Assembly: GCA_963693095.2 (NCBI GenBank)
Contig: OY843768.1
Coordinates: forward strand, 1,120,001 to 1,184,000
Direction of reading: 5' to 3'
Length of the DNA: 64,000 bases
DNA from: Cenarchaeum sp.
Lineage (GTDB): Archaea; Thermoproteota; Nitrososphaeria; Nitrososphaerales; Nitrosopumilaceae
A program made the translations under genes and the position numbers. A model generated the notes under the pieces. It had not been told where the DNA came from and searched no databases. It saw only the letters and a list, made by a program, of their open reading frames with translations. Each line of letters opens with the position of its first letter. Position 1 is the first letter of the stretch. Shown here in pieces: positions 45,507 to 53,899 of the stretch.

Positions 45507-45919
45507 CTCGAAACCCTCGCAAGCTCGCCATGTGACTTGATCGCAGCATCGACTGCGTGCTCGGCGACAGGCCGAATCCTCGCGTACGCCTGCCGCTCGC
45601 GCATCGCCGGCCCCGATATTCCCAGCGAGACAGGCTTTGAGCGCGCGATCGATATGGCAAGGAGTGCTGAGGCCGTCGCGTGCGATATGACCTCATCATG
45701 CTTTGTCTGTCCCTTGATGACTGCCCCGAGCGCAATAACTGCATCAACGTCATCGCGCGCAAGGAGCGCATCGGCGACAGTCGGTATGTCAAATGTCCCG
45801 GACACGCTGCTCTCATGGACTATTGTCACGTCTCGCAGGCGCGCGCGCTCGCGCGCGACATCGAGCATTCGAGACGATATCTCCGGATAGAACGTCGCGC
45901 TGACTATGGCGATCCTCAT
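45503..45919 (-). CDS. ribH: 6,7-dimethyl-8-ribityllumazine synthase
   Basis: RIAIVSATF, VSGTFDIP, IALGAVIKGQTKHDEVI, KPVSLGISGP. Confidence 0.95.
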   Translation of the reverse strand: MRIAIVSATFYPEISSRMLDVARERARLRDVTIVHESSVSGTFDIPTVADALLARDDVDAVIALGAVIKGQTKHDEVISHATASALLAISIARSKPVSLGISGPAMRERQAYARIRPVAEHAVDAAIKSHGELARVSR

Positions 45920-46590
45920 GCGTGATGCACCTCGGCGTGCGCGAGCAGGTCACGCGCATCAACGAACGGAATGGACTCGCGTCGGGCCAGGCGGCGCGCG
46001 CCGTCAGACGAGAGCGCAGCGTGCGTTCCAGAGTCCATCATCTCGCATATCGCCGCAGCCGGCGCCAGTCCGGCAAGTTGGGCAAGGTACACGGACATCT
46101 CTGTGTGGCCACGGCGCGCCGAGAGGAGTGCGGCATCCGCAATTAGGAGATGGACGTGGCCTGGCGCTCGAAACTCGGAGACAAACTCGCGTTGCGGCTC
46201 GGCGCTGTCGTACAGGCGCGCAAACTCGCGAATCGTGCAGGCCCTGTCCGTGTCGGTGATTCCCGTGTACGTCTTGCGATGATTCACCGATAGTGAAAAT
46301 GACGGGCGGTCACCATATGGCGAGGACTCGGCGACCATTCCGAGCGTGTCATCATCTAACGAGGAGCGCAATATATCGTGCATAAAGCGCAGCCCGAGCC
46401 GGCCGGCCATCTGCGCGTCGAGCGCAAGGCAGATGAGCCCGCCGGCGCGCTCGCGCATCGTCGCCACGTGGTCTGCGTTTGCGTGGGCGGCGGCTACGAC
46501 CATGTCAACCTCATCCTCGCGCCCCTCCGAGTCGTGCAGGAGCACAAACCCGCCGCGGCGAAGCGATTCGAGCGCATCGCCCAGATCCAT
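45916..46590 (-). CDS. ribB: 3,4-dihydroxy-2-butanone 4-phosphate synthase
   Basis: DSEGREDEVD, GGLICLA, YTGITDTDRA, FRAPGHV, RRGHTE, ICEMMD. Confidence 0.95.
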   Translation of the reverse strand: MDLGDALESLRRGGFVLLHDSEGREDEVDMVVAAAHANADHVATMRERAGGLICLALDAQMAGRLGLRFMHDILRSSLDDDTLGMVAESSPYGDRPSFSLSVNHRKTYTGITDTDRACTIREFARLYDSAEPQREFVSEFRAPGHVHLLIADAALLSARRGHTEMSVYLAQLAGLAPAAAICEMMDSGTHAALSSDGARRLARRESIPFVDARDLLAHAEVHHA

Positions 46591-46613
46591 TGCGCGCGCC
46601 TGCGCGATGAGGG

Positions 46614-46659
46614 TATTTCAAGCTTACCAAGATTTCGGTTATTACCACTATTTCGGTAG
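46614..46659 (-). promoter_or_regulatory. Internal ribB promoter with two tandem 18-bp palindromic boxes
   Basis: ttaccaagatttcggtta (46624-46641) and ttaccactatttcggtag (46642-46659) immediately upstream of TTGAAATA, ~25 nt before the ribB ATG. Confidence 0.7.
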
Positions 46660-47250
46660 GTGTCGCGCAAGCGCGTACTTTGCGAGCACGTCAGTCTCGA
46701 CGTTGACTGCGTCTCCGACCTCTAGGGAGCCGAGGTTTGTGATCTCTAGCGTGTGCGGTATGACATGGACGCGTATCCTCGTGCGGCCCCTGTGCGCAAC
46801 AGTCATGCTCACGCCGTTTATTGCAACAGAGCCCCTAGTCGGAAGCTCACGCGCCATGCGGGCCGGCACGTCAATTGACAGTATGGACTCATCATCGCGC
46901 CTCTCTATGCGCGCAAGCGTTCCGCGTCCGTCAACGTGGCCAAGGACAAAGTGACCCTCGACTCGCGCACCGGCACGCATGCTGCGCTCGACGTTTAGCG
47001 AGTCACCGGCCTTTATGCGGCCCAGCGACGTCAGTCGCGCAGTCTGGCCGATGACGTCAAAGGCGCACTTGCCGCCTGCGAGTCGGCTCGTGACGGTGAG
47101 GCACACGCCGTCGAGCGCAACGCTCTGGCCCGTGGAAAGGCCAGAGGCCCGCCGTCCCAGCTTTACTACCATCCGGAGCGCCTTGCCGTCACCCTTGCCC
47201 TTTGAGACAGAGGCCACCTTGGCCGTCCCTTCGACGATACCTGTGAACAT
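46648..47250 (-). CDS. ribE: Riboflavin synthase (bacterial alpha-chain type)
   Basis: MFTGIVEG start, SVALDGVCLTV, GHFVLGHVD, GSVAINGVSMTV, VNVETDVLAKY. Confidence 0.94.
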   Translation of the reverse strand: MFTGIVEGTAKVASVSKGKGDGKALRMVVKLGRRASGLSTGQSVALDGVCLTVTSRLAGGKCAFDVIGQTARLTSLGRIKAGDSLNVERSMRAGARVEGHFVLGHVDGRGTLARIERRDDESILSIDVPARMARELPTRGSVAINGVSMTVAHRGRTRIRVHVIPHTLEITNLGSLEVGDAVNVETDVLAKYALARHLPK

Positions 47251-47436
47251 GGAACAGGGCAGATACACGCGTGTATAAAATGATTTGGTGGTTGCAGGCG
47301 TCGGGGGACGATCTTGATGAGTCAGAACCAATGTTGGCACTAGTCCATGGCAGGCCAACACGTGAGAACAAATGAATCTCAATCTGCCGGGCTTGCTCAA
47401 CGACACAATCTCAGGTTTTACGCATTTGAAACGGAA

Positions 47437-48936
47437 TCATTTTTCAAGATAATTATCAATTGCCAGATCCTCTTCATACATTATCTCTGTAACACGGTTA
47501 AATTCATCTTGCGCTATGCCATACTCATCAGAGTGTTCGATTTCACCAATAGTATAGCTGCCACTAGAATCAGGTTTAAAAACATAAGGAGCCACACAAT
47601 CATCCACGATATAGTCATGCAGCCCATATCCGAGCTTTTTACGTTGTGCAGGTTTTAATTTGTTCATTTTTACAAACATGCTGAGTTGTTCAAGAAAAAA
47701 CACACTATGCGTGATCAAAAGCACATACACTCCACTATTGACTAATCTAACAATATATTTAGCTAGTTTGGTTTGGTTTGCAGGATGCAAATGCGCTTCA
47801 GGTTCTTCAATAATTAGCAGATCAGAGCGACGAATTTGTTTCTGAATAAAAAGCTGGATAGGGGCAGTTTCGGTTATTCCCGATGATGAACGGTTTATTG
47901 GAATGCTTTTGCCCATGAATTTAAAGAATATTTGCGGTATGCCCACATCCGGCTTTGTCACATATATTTGACCACCAAACATTTCATTGATCATGGTATG
48001 TTCACTTTGTGAAGTATCAAGATCGTGATTTCCAGACATTCCAACAAGCGACTCTATAAAATCTGACACAACCCCGTCAAATGGGGTAATTGCTCCATGT
48101 TTAGCGTTGTTAATAATACTCGATACAATATTACTATAAGAAGATAATATGCCAGCACGCGCTGCGGGAATATAGTAAGATCTATGCAAGGAAGAAATAA
48201 ACGAGTGTGACATGCGCGACATAAGAGACAGCAAGGCGTGTAGACCAGGCTTCTTGTCCAATGAGAGAGTAGAGGAAAAGAAACGCATATCGTCATAGAC
48301 CAATTGGTTCAGCATACCTGTGTGTTTTTTTGATGTGTCATTATGATCGTGTGGTTCGGCGATTGGGAGTGATCCAGGCACATTTTGAATAACATAGCGG
48401 TCATTGTGCGGACTGAATTTTATTATAGGGGATTTGGTCTTAAATATAGAAATGTTTACGCCTATAGGATGCGTTATTTTGATGTTGGATGAAACAGAGC
48501 CAATACGCACAAGATCAGACAGTGCAGAGCTGAAATTGGCATTGAGTGTTTTAAAGAGATTGTCGCCAAATGCACGCTTGAGTGCAAGATCATGAATTTT
48601 GTTGGAATAGTCAATGGGCACGTCATAAAAGACACTAGAACCCACAGCAGAGGCTACCATCTTGCCCATAAGAGCGACCAACTTTTGAAATTGTTTATTT
48701 TTGGATTGTTTGTGAACCCAATCTGCAGATTCCCACAAAATGGGGCTTTGGGTGCCCGAGCTAAGAATTGAGTGGGCCAGCATGGCAGCATATGTCTTGC
48801 CCGAGTTGTTCGGACCCACAAATATGGTCAGTGGCTTTATCGTGAACTTGCCCCGGGATATAGGGCCAAAGTTGGTGAGCTCGACTTCTATGGGCACGTG
48901 CGGTCGCGCAGGCGCTGATGACGTTTTCTTGGCCAT
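47437..48936 (-). CDS. Low-GC ABC-type ATPase (AAA_15/AAA_21-like, defence-associated class)
   Basis: NFGPI..LTIFVGPNNSGKT, YIPAARAG, SSGITE, LLIIEEPEAHLHP, ITHS; AT-rich. Confidence 0.85.
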   Translation of the reverse strand: MAKKTSSAPARPHVPIEVELTNFGPISRGKFTIKPLTIFVGPNNSGKTYAAMLAHSILSSGTQSPILWESADWVHKQSKNKQFQKLVALMGKMVASAVGSSVFYDVPIDYSNKIHDLALKRAFGDNLFKTLNANFSSALSDLVRIGSVSSNIKITHPIGVNISIFKTKSPIIKFSPHNDRYVIQNVPGSLPIAEPHDHNDTSKKHTGMLNQLVYDDMRFFSSTLSLDKKPGLHALLSLMSRMSHSFISSLHRSYYIPAARAGILSSYSNIVSSIINNAKHGAITPFDGVVSDFIESLVGMSGNHDLDTSQSEHTMINEMFGGQIYVTKPDVGIPQIFFKFMGKSIPINRSSSGITETAPIQLFIQKQIRRSDLLIIEEPEAHLHPANQTKLAKYIVRLVNSGVYVLLITHSVFFLEQLSMFVKMNKLKPAQRKKLGYGLHDYIVDDCVAPYVFKPDSSGSYTIGEIEHSDEYGIAQDEFNRVTEIMYEEDLAIDNYLEK

Positions 48937-49047
48937 GCCACAACGGACGCAGCGGGGACGTTTATGAATTTGCCACGATCTGCCACGCCTAGCGCCCCCC
49001 ACGCTAGGCAAGTTAGAAATAGGTGAGGCACGAAGGCGCGGATCATC

Positions 49048-50076
49048 ATGGAAAACATGCGCGCGATGGTACTCAACAAGTGCGCCCCCATCGAGACCAA
49101 CCCGCTAGAGCTGACCGAGATATCACGCCACCGCGTGAATAGGCCCGGCGACGTCCTTGTAAAGATAGATGCGTGCGGCGTGTGCCACTCGCAGCTCCAC
49201 AGCATAGAGGGTGACTGGAAGGACCTGGGCATACCGCCAAGGCTCCCGACGGTGCCGGGTCACGAGGTCGTCGGGACTGTCGTGGAGACGGGCAACGACG
49301 TGGCAGCAATTGCAGTGGGCGACAGGGTCGGCATATCGCCGCTCCTCGAGTCGTGCCTGGCGTGCCGCTACTGCAACGAGGGCAAGGAGCAGCTCTGCGA
49401 GTCGATGAAGGTCCTCGGCGAGTCGATGAACGGTGGGTATGCCGAGTATGTCACAGTCTCCGAAAGGTTTGCCACGCGCGTCCCGCAGACCATGAAGCCC
49501 TCGTATGCGGCACCGCTCTTTTGCGCCGGCGTGACTGCGTACGGCGCAGTCAGGGCGTGCGACGCAAAGGAGGGCGACAAGGTCGGCATATTCGGGATTG
49601 GCGGCGTTGGCCACATGGCAGTCCAGTTCGCAAAGAGTGATGGCCTCGAGGTCACGGCAGTCTCGCGCAACGCCGGACACCTCACCGTGGCATCAAGACT
49701 CGGCGCCGACAGAACAGTCGGGTACTCGGGGAGGGATGCGACATCAACAGAGGTCGCCTCTCGCGGACACCTTGATTCTGCCATGGTCTTTGCGCCCAAT
49801 GACGACGTCACGCGCGAGGCGCTCGCGTCGATAAAGAGGGGAGGAACACTCGTAGTCGCCACCGTGGGCGGCATTCCGGACTTTGTGGCCTTTGAGGAAA
49901 AGACGGTGCGCGGCACGCTCATCGGATCGAGGGCAGACATGGCCAACGTTGTCAGGATTGCGCAAGAGGACCACATCGAAGTCGTCCACGAGACGTTCCC
50001 CCTAGAGAGCGCAAACGAGGCGCTCCAAAAGCTAAAGAACTCTAGACTCGAGGCGAGGGCAGTCCTTGTCCCATAA
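49048..50076 (+). CDS. Zinc-dependent alcohol dehydrogenase (AdhP-like)
   Basis: CGVCHS, PGHEVVG, CLACRYC..EQLC, APLFCAG, GIGGVG. Confidence 0.92.
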   Translation: MENMRAMVLNKCAPIETNPLELTEISRHRVNRPGDVLVKIDACGVCHSQLHSIEGDWKDLGIPPRLPTVPGHEVVGTVVETGNDVAAIAVGDRVGISPLLESCLACRYCNEGKEQLCESMKVLGESMNGGYAEYVTVSERFATRVPQTMKPSYAAPLFCAGVTAYGAVRACDAKEGDKVGIFGIGGVGHMAVQFAKSDGLEVTAVSRNAGHLTVASRLGADRTVGYSGRDATSTEVASRGHLDSAMVFAPNDDVTREALASIKRGGTLVVATVGGIPDFVAFEEKTVRGTLIGSRADMANVVRIAQEDHIEVVHETFPLESANEALQKLKNSRLEARAVLVP

Positions 50077-50305
50077 GCCAGCGCGCGGCTCGCCGGCCGA
50101 GCGAATGCGCGAGGAGCTCGAGGCGGTGCGCTCAAAGGCCAACGCGCTAGAGGCAGTGGCCACTGACGAGTTCCAGCTAGGCGTCGCGCGCGCGATTCGC
50201 GCGCTCGCCGAGCAGCAGATCCACACGCTAGAGGAGAGCGAGCACCTCAAGAAGGCCATGGACCTGCTCCTAGAGCAGATCTTCAAGGCGCAGCGCAGGG
50301 ACTAG
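50066..50305 (+). CDS. Small coiled-coil hypothetical protein
   Basis: Heptad-like helical sequence overlapping the ADH stop. Confidence 0.65.
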   Translation: MSHKPARGSPAERMREELEAVRSKANALEAVATDEFQLGVARAIRALAEQQIHTLEESEHLKKAMDLLLEQIFKAQRRD

Positions 50306-50309
50306 TGCG

Positions 50310-50759
50310 CTACCCGTGTATGTTTACCGTGACAGAGGCCCGTGCGGCCTCGCCGTCCCCCGATGCGCCCTCTGAGACTATGCGGTACGTTCCCGGATGA
50401 ACCGGCGTTCCATCAGGGCGCCCCTGATCCCAGGTAAACTCTACAGAGTCGCGCGGCCCTAGTGGGCCGGCCGTGTCTTGCGGTGGCGCGGCATACACTG
50501 TCGTGCCATCAAGGAGCATCACCTCTAGGCCATAGTGCGTCCCGTCGGCAAACTCGACGGCCACGCTTCCCGTGTTTATGAGCCTGGCATGGATATCCTC
50601 GCCGAGGCCATGGTCGGCGCCCTCCACTAGGAGCGACAGCGAGACGCCCTCGACGTACACCGGTGCGGCATCGCGCGCATATGGCGACATTATCACACCG
50701 AGTGCGGCCGCGACTGCGACACCGGCGGCCGTTGCGATCGCTAGTCCGCGCGGTATCAC
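50310..50759 (-). CDS. Membrane-anchored Ig-like protein (BsuPI/FlgD-Ig-like)
   Basis: N-terminal TM; LINTGS..F.DG..Y...FTWDQ..DGTPVHPGTYRI; GTGA overlap with cbf5. Confidence 0.7.
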   Translation of the reverse strand: MIPRGLAIATAAGVAVAAALGVIMSPYARDAAPVYVEGVSLSLLVEGADHGLGEDIHARLINTGSVAVEFADGTHYGLEVMLLDGTTVYAAPPQDTAGPLGPRDSVEFTWDQGRPDGTPVHPGTYRIVSEGASGDGEAARASVTVNIHG

Positions 50760-52144
50760 GTGGTGGCGCCTCCGGCCTCGGCGGCAGGCTCGCGCGCGCC
50801 GGCCGGCTCGCCGTCCCCTGTGCTATCCGGTGCGCCGTCCCCTGTGCTATCCGGTGCGCCGTCCCCTGTGCTATCCGGTGCGCCGTCCCCTGTGCTATCC
50901 GGTGCGCCGTCCCCTGTGCTATCCGGTGCGCCGTCCCCTGTGCTATCCGGTGCGCCGTCCCCTGTGCTATCCGGTGCGCCGTCCCCTGTGCTATCCGGTG
51001 CGCCGTCCCCTGTGCTATCCGGTGCGCCGTCCCCTGTGCTATCCGGTGCGCCGTCCCCTGTGCTATCCGGTGCGCCGTCCCCTGTGCTATCCGGTGCGCC
51101 GTCCCCTGTGCTATCCGGTGCGCCGTCACTTGGGCTGGTCGGCTTGCCGTCCTCGTACGTCGTGCGCGTGCGCCACTGCTTGGGGTACGTGCCGGGCTTC
51201 ATTATGATCCTGTTTGTGCGAAACGCGTTTCCGTGCGAGGCATCGGCAATCTCACGCGCTCCAAGCTCGGCAGAGGCGAGGGCGACGACCTCGCCCTTTT
51301 GCGTGTACACTCCCACCGTGTCCCCCGCGTTGAGGTCAGATGAGACGCGCAGGACCCCGGGAACCGCAAGCTGCGCGCCATGGCACAGCGCGTCGACTGC
51401 CGAGTCGCGAATGACGACGGACTTTAGGCCCTCAAAGGTGTCCTCGACCGGACGGATCATGCGCACGAGTCGCTCAGAGTCGCCACTCTCCTTCCACCTC
51501 GCGTGCGCGTCGGCGAGCTCGTTCATTGTGACGAGGCCGCACGTGCGCTCCTCAAAGTGGTCCACGCGAGTGCGGCGCAGCTCTATCATTGTCGCACCGG
51601 GACCCATGAGCTCGCCCATGTCATAGAATAGCTTGCGTATGTACGTGCCGGCCTCGCACACGACGCGCAGCAGCGCAAGCTGGCCGCGCCGCTCGAGGAG
51701 GTCCATCTCGTGGATCGTGCGCGTGCGCGTGCGCCTGCTCACCGCAGAGCGTTGCGGCGGCTTTTGGTATATCTCGCCGGTGAACAGTGCCATCGTCTCC
51801 TCAAGGGAGTGCTTTGACTCGCCGTGGATGCGCCCTAGCGCATGGTACTCCTTTGGCCCGAGGAGGAGGACGCCGAGGGCCTTTGTCGCCTCGCCGAGGC
51901 CCAGCGGCAGGACGCCAGAGACCTGCGGATCCAGCGTGCCGCTGTGGCCGATCTTTGGCAGGTCGAGCATGCGCTTTGTCCACGCGACGACCTCGTGGCT
52001 AGTCGGCCCCGGTGGCTTGTCAAGGAGTATGAGGCCATAGTCGAGCATCTGCTCGACTGTCCTTGACTCTGGCCTCGTCCCGTACGATTCGTCCGTCTCG
52101 TCCTCGTCGATGACCATGAGGCCCTCGAGGCGCGACGGGCTCAA
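50756..52144 (-). CDS. cbf5: H/ACA RNP pseudouridine synthase Cbf5 with an acidic repeat tail
   Basis: LDKPPGPTSHEV, GHSGTLDP, CEAGTYIRKL, PUA domain, IMKPGTYPKQW then (GAPDSTGD)13. Confidence 0.95.
   Translation of the reverse strand: MSPSRLEGLMVIDEDETDESYGTRPESRTVEQMLDYGLILLDKPPGPTSHEVVAWTKRMLDLPKIGHSGTLDPQVSGVLPLGLGEATKALGVLLLGPKEYHALGRIHGESKHSLEETMALFTGEIYQKPPQRSAVSRRTRTRTIHEMDLLERRGQLALLRVVCEAGTYIRKLFYDMGELMGPGATMIELRRTRVDHFEERTCGLVTMNELADAHARWKESGDSERLVRMIRPVEDTFEGLKSVVIRDSAVDALCHGAQLAVPGVLRVSSDLNAGDTVGVYTQKGEVVALASAELGAREIADASHGNAFRTNRIIMKPGTYPKQWRTRTTYEDGKPTSPSDGAPDSTGDGAPDSTGDGAPDSTGDGAPDSTGDGAPDSTGDGAPDSTGDGAPDSTGDGAPDSTGDGAPDSTGDGAPDSTGDGAPDSTGDGAPDSTGDGAPDSTGDGEPAGAREPAAEAGGATT
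50810..51127 (-). repeat. Perfect 24-nt tandem repeat x13 encoding GAPDSTGD
   Basis: (gccgtcccctgtgctatccggtgc)13 at 50810-51121 plus gccgtc. Confidence 0.97.
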
Positions 52145-52698
52145 GCGTGCGCCTCCACTGCGCGCACGGCCGCCTTGATGACTGCGTCGGCGTCAAGTGA
52201 GTCAGTCTGTATCACGCTGTCAAAGACTGACAGGTCCTCCCCAAAGTCAAACCCATAGAGGCGCTTGTAGAGGGCGACGTTGGACCTGTAGCGCCTCTGC
52301 GTGACGGCGAGGGCCTCGTCGTGGTCCATGCTGTCGCGCGTTCGCATGCGCCTAGCGCTGCTCTCATGCGAGCCGGCAAGCCATATCTTTGTCCCGTCCT
52401 TTACGAGCCAGGGGAGCGTATAGCTAGTGATGACTGCGCCGCCGGCATCAAATATCTCGGCGAGCCGGCCGTCGACCTCGCGGTCAAACTTGTCATCGTG
52501 CATGCGCTGCTCGAGAAACGCCATTCCCTCTGGCCTGTCCCACCAGTCATCGCCGCCGCCAGTCGAGCCGCTGCGCTGCGCTATCTCCTTGAGGACATCG
52601 CCGCCGCTCACGTGGCGCATGCCAAACTTGCTTGCGAGGGCGAGGGCAACTGTGGTCTTTCCGACAGCGGGCGGGCCGGAAATCACTATGGATCTCAT
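52141..52698 (-). CDS. cmk: Cytidylate kinase (archaeal type)
   Basis: IVISGPPAVGKTT, HVSGG, YKRLYG; canonical position between DUF106 and cbf5. Confidence 0.88.
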   Translation of the reverse strand: MRSIVISGPPAVGKTTVALALASKFGMRHVSGGDVLKEIAQRSGSTGGGDDWWDRPEGMAFLEQRMHDDKFDREVDGRLAEIFDAGGAVITSYTLPWLVKDGTKIWLAGSHESSARRMRTRDSMDHDEALAVTQRRYRSNVALYKRLYGFDFGEDLSVFDSVIQTDSLDADAVIKAAVRAVEAHA

Positions 52699-53303
52699 CA
52701 GCCCATTTCCATCGACGTCTTTGTCAACTTCATGATAATGCCGCTAAAGGCGACAGATGACAAAAAGTACCACGCCCAGAAATAGACGGCGTTCTCCTCC
52801 TCACAGACGTGTTCTGGATCGGTGGCCTGTTCGGCGGTGCACGTGAGCTGGAAGAAATCGCCCGGTATGACGTTTAGCGGTATTGGCGAGAGCGCGACTG
52901 TATATGAGAAGAGCGGCGGGAGGACAAAGTAGAATATGAGGATGAGCGGGACAAACGTTATCATCATTGGGCGCATGTTCATCTGCATCATCTCCATGTT
53001 GAGCTTGCTCATGTAAGAGGACTTTTTTGAGAGGTCTGCGAGCTTTTTCTCGTCCTTTGCGCGAAAGGCCGCCATGCGCTCCTTTTGCCATGCGCGCGTC
53101 TCGCGCATTATCCGCTTTAGCTTTGACTGGTCAACGAGCTTTCTGCGTATGAACGCGTTGAACATGTTTAGCATGATCGCAAAGCCGAGTATGCCGCCCA
53201 TCGAGGCCACCGTGCCGCGAATGAGCGGATCCGCACTGCCGAGGGGCCCGCCCGAAGAGACGCCAAAGAGATCCCCCTGGAGCGCAAAGTGCGAGAGGGC
53301 CAT
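52698..53303 (-). CDS. DUF106 / EMC3-TMCO1 (Oxa1-superfamily) membrane protein
   Basis: TM, coiled coil, MMQMNMRPMMITFVP, WAWYFLSS; follows adk; start uncertain (53303-53321). Confidence 0.85.
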   Translation of the reverse strand: MALSHFALQGDLFGVSSGGPLGSADPLIRGTVASMGGILGFAIMLNMFNAFIRRKLVDQSKLKRIMRETRAWQKERMAAFRAKDEKKLADLSKKSSYMSKLNMEMMQMNMRPMMITFVPLILIFYFVLPPLFSYTVALSPIPLNVIPGDFFQLTCTAEQATDPEHVCEEENAVYFWAWYFLSSVAFSGIIMKLTKTSMEMG

Positions 53304-53314
53304 GATGACTCCCT

Positions 53315-53899
53315 CTAGCATAGCAGACCCACGCTCCTGAGGATCGCCTCGGCGGCCTCGGCGGCCTTGCCGTCGGCGTTAAAGACGGGCATCACCGGCG
53401 AGCCCGAATGGACCGAGCATGCCGAGAGCATGGCGTCCTGTATGGCAAGCTCGCGCTTTATGCCCGATATCGAGTTCCGGTCGCGCGTGCGCGACGTGTC
53501 GCTCTCGCGCCGGCTGAATATCCTCTCCGGCCTTGCAGTCAGCGAGATGAGGTGCGTGGGCCGCACAATGTCGAGGATCGGCGAGGGGAGGCCAGGATAG
53601 TAGCCCGATGGCGTGGCGATAAACGCGTGCGTGTCTATGACGACTACCTCGGAGGCTATGCGCGATATCGACTTTGCGGCCTCGCGCTGCAGGAGCTCCT
53701 GCTCGTCGCGGCCCTCCTTGCGAAGCTCGTCACGGTCGTCGATTCCGCGCTTTTGCGCCTGCTCTAGCATCTCGGTCCCAAAGCTCACAACGCGCACGTC
53801 CTTGTCCATGCTCTTAAGAATCCTGACGACGTGCTCGACTACGGTGGTCTTGCCCACGCCTGGTATACCCACGATCACCACGCGCCTAGTGCCGTCCAA
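53315..53899 (-). CDS. adkA: Adenylate kinase (archaeal type)
   Basis: VVIVGIPGVGKTT, SFGTEM, DRDELRK, IDTHAFIATPSGYYPGLP; TTG start overlapping the secY end. Confidence 0.92.
   Translation of the reverse strand: MDGTRRVVIVGIPGVGKTTVVEHVVRILKSMDKDVRVVSFGTEMLEQAQKRGIDDRDELRKEGRDEQELLQREAAKSISRIASEVVVIDTHAFIATPSGYYPGLPSPILDIVRPTHLISLTARPERIFSRRESDTSRTRDRNSISGIKRELAIQDAMLSACSVHSGSPVMPVFNADGKAAEAAEAILRSVGLLC

Noticed and set aside
46591-46660. FMN riboswitch upstream of rib genes
   Set aside because: The region is far too short and has no RFN consensus; a DNA operator explains it better
50810-51127. Possible CRISPR array (24-nt repeats)
   Set aside because: Units are contiguous with no spacers, in frame within cbf5, and there are no cas genes in the window
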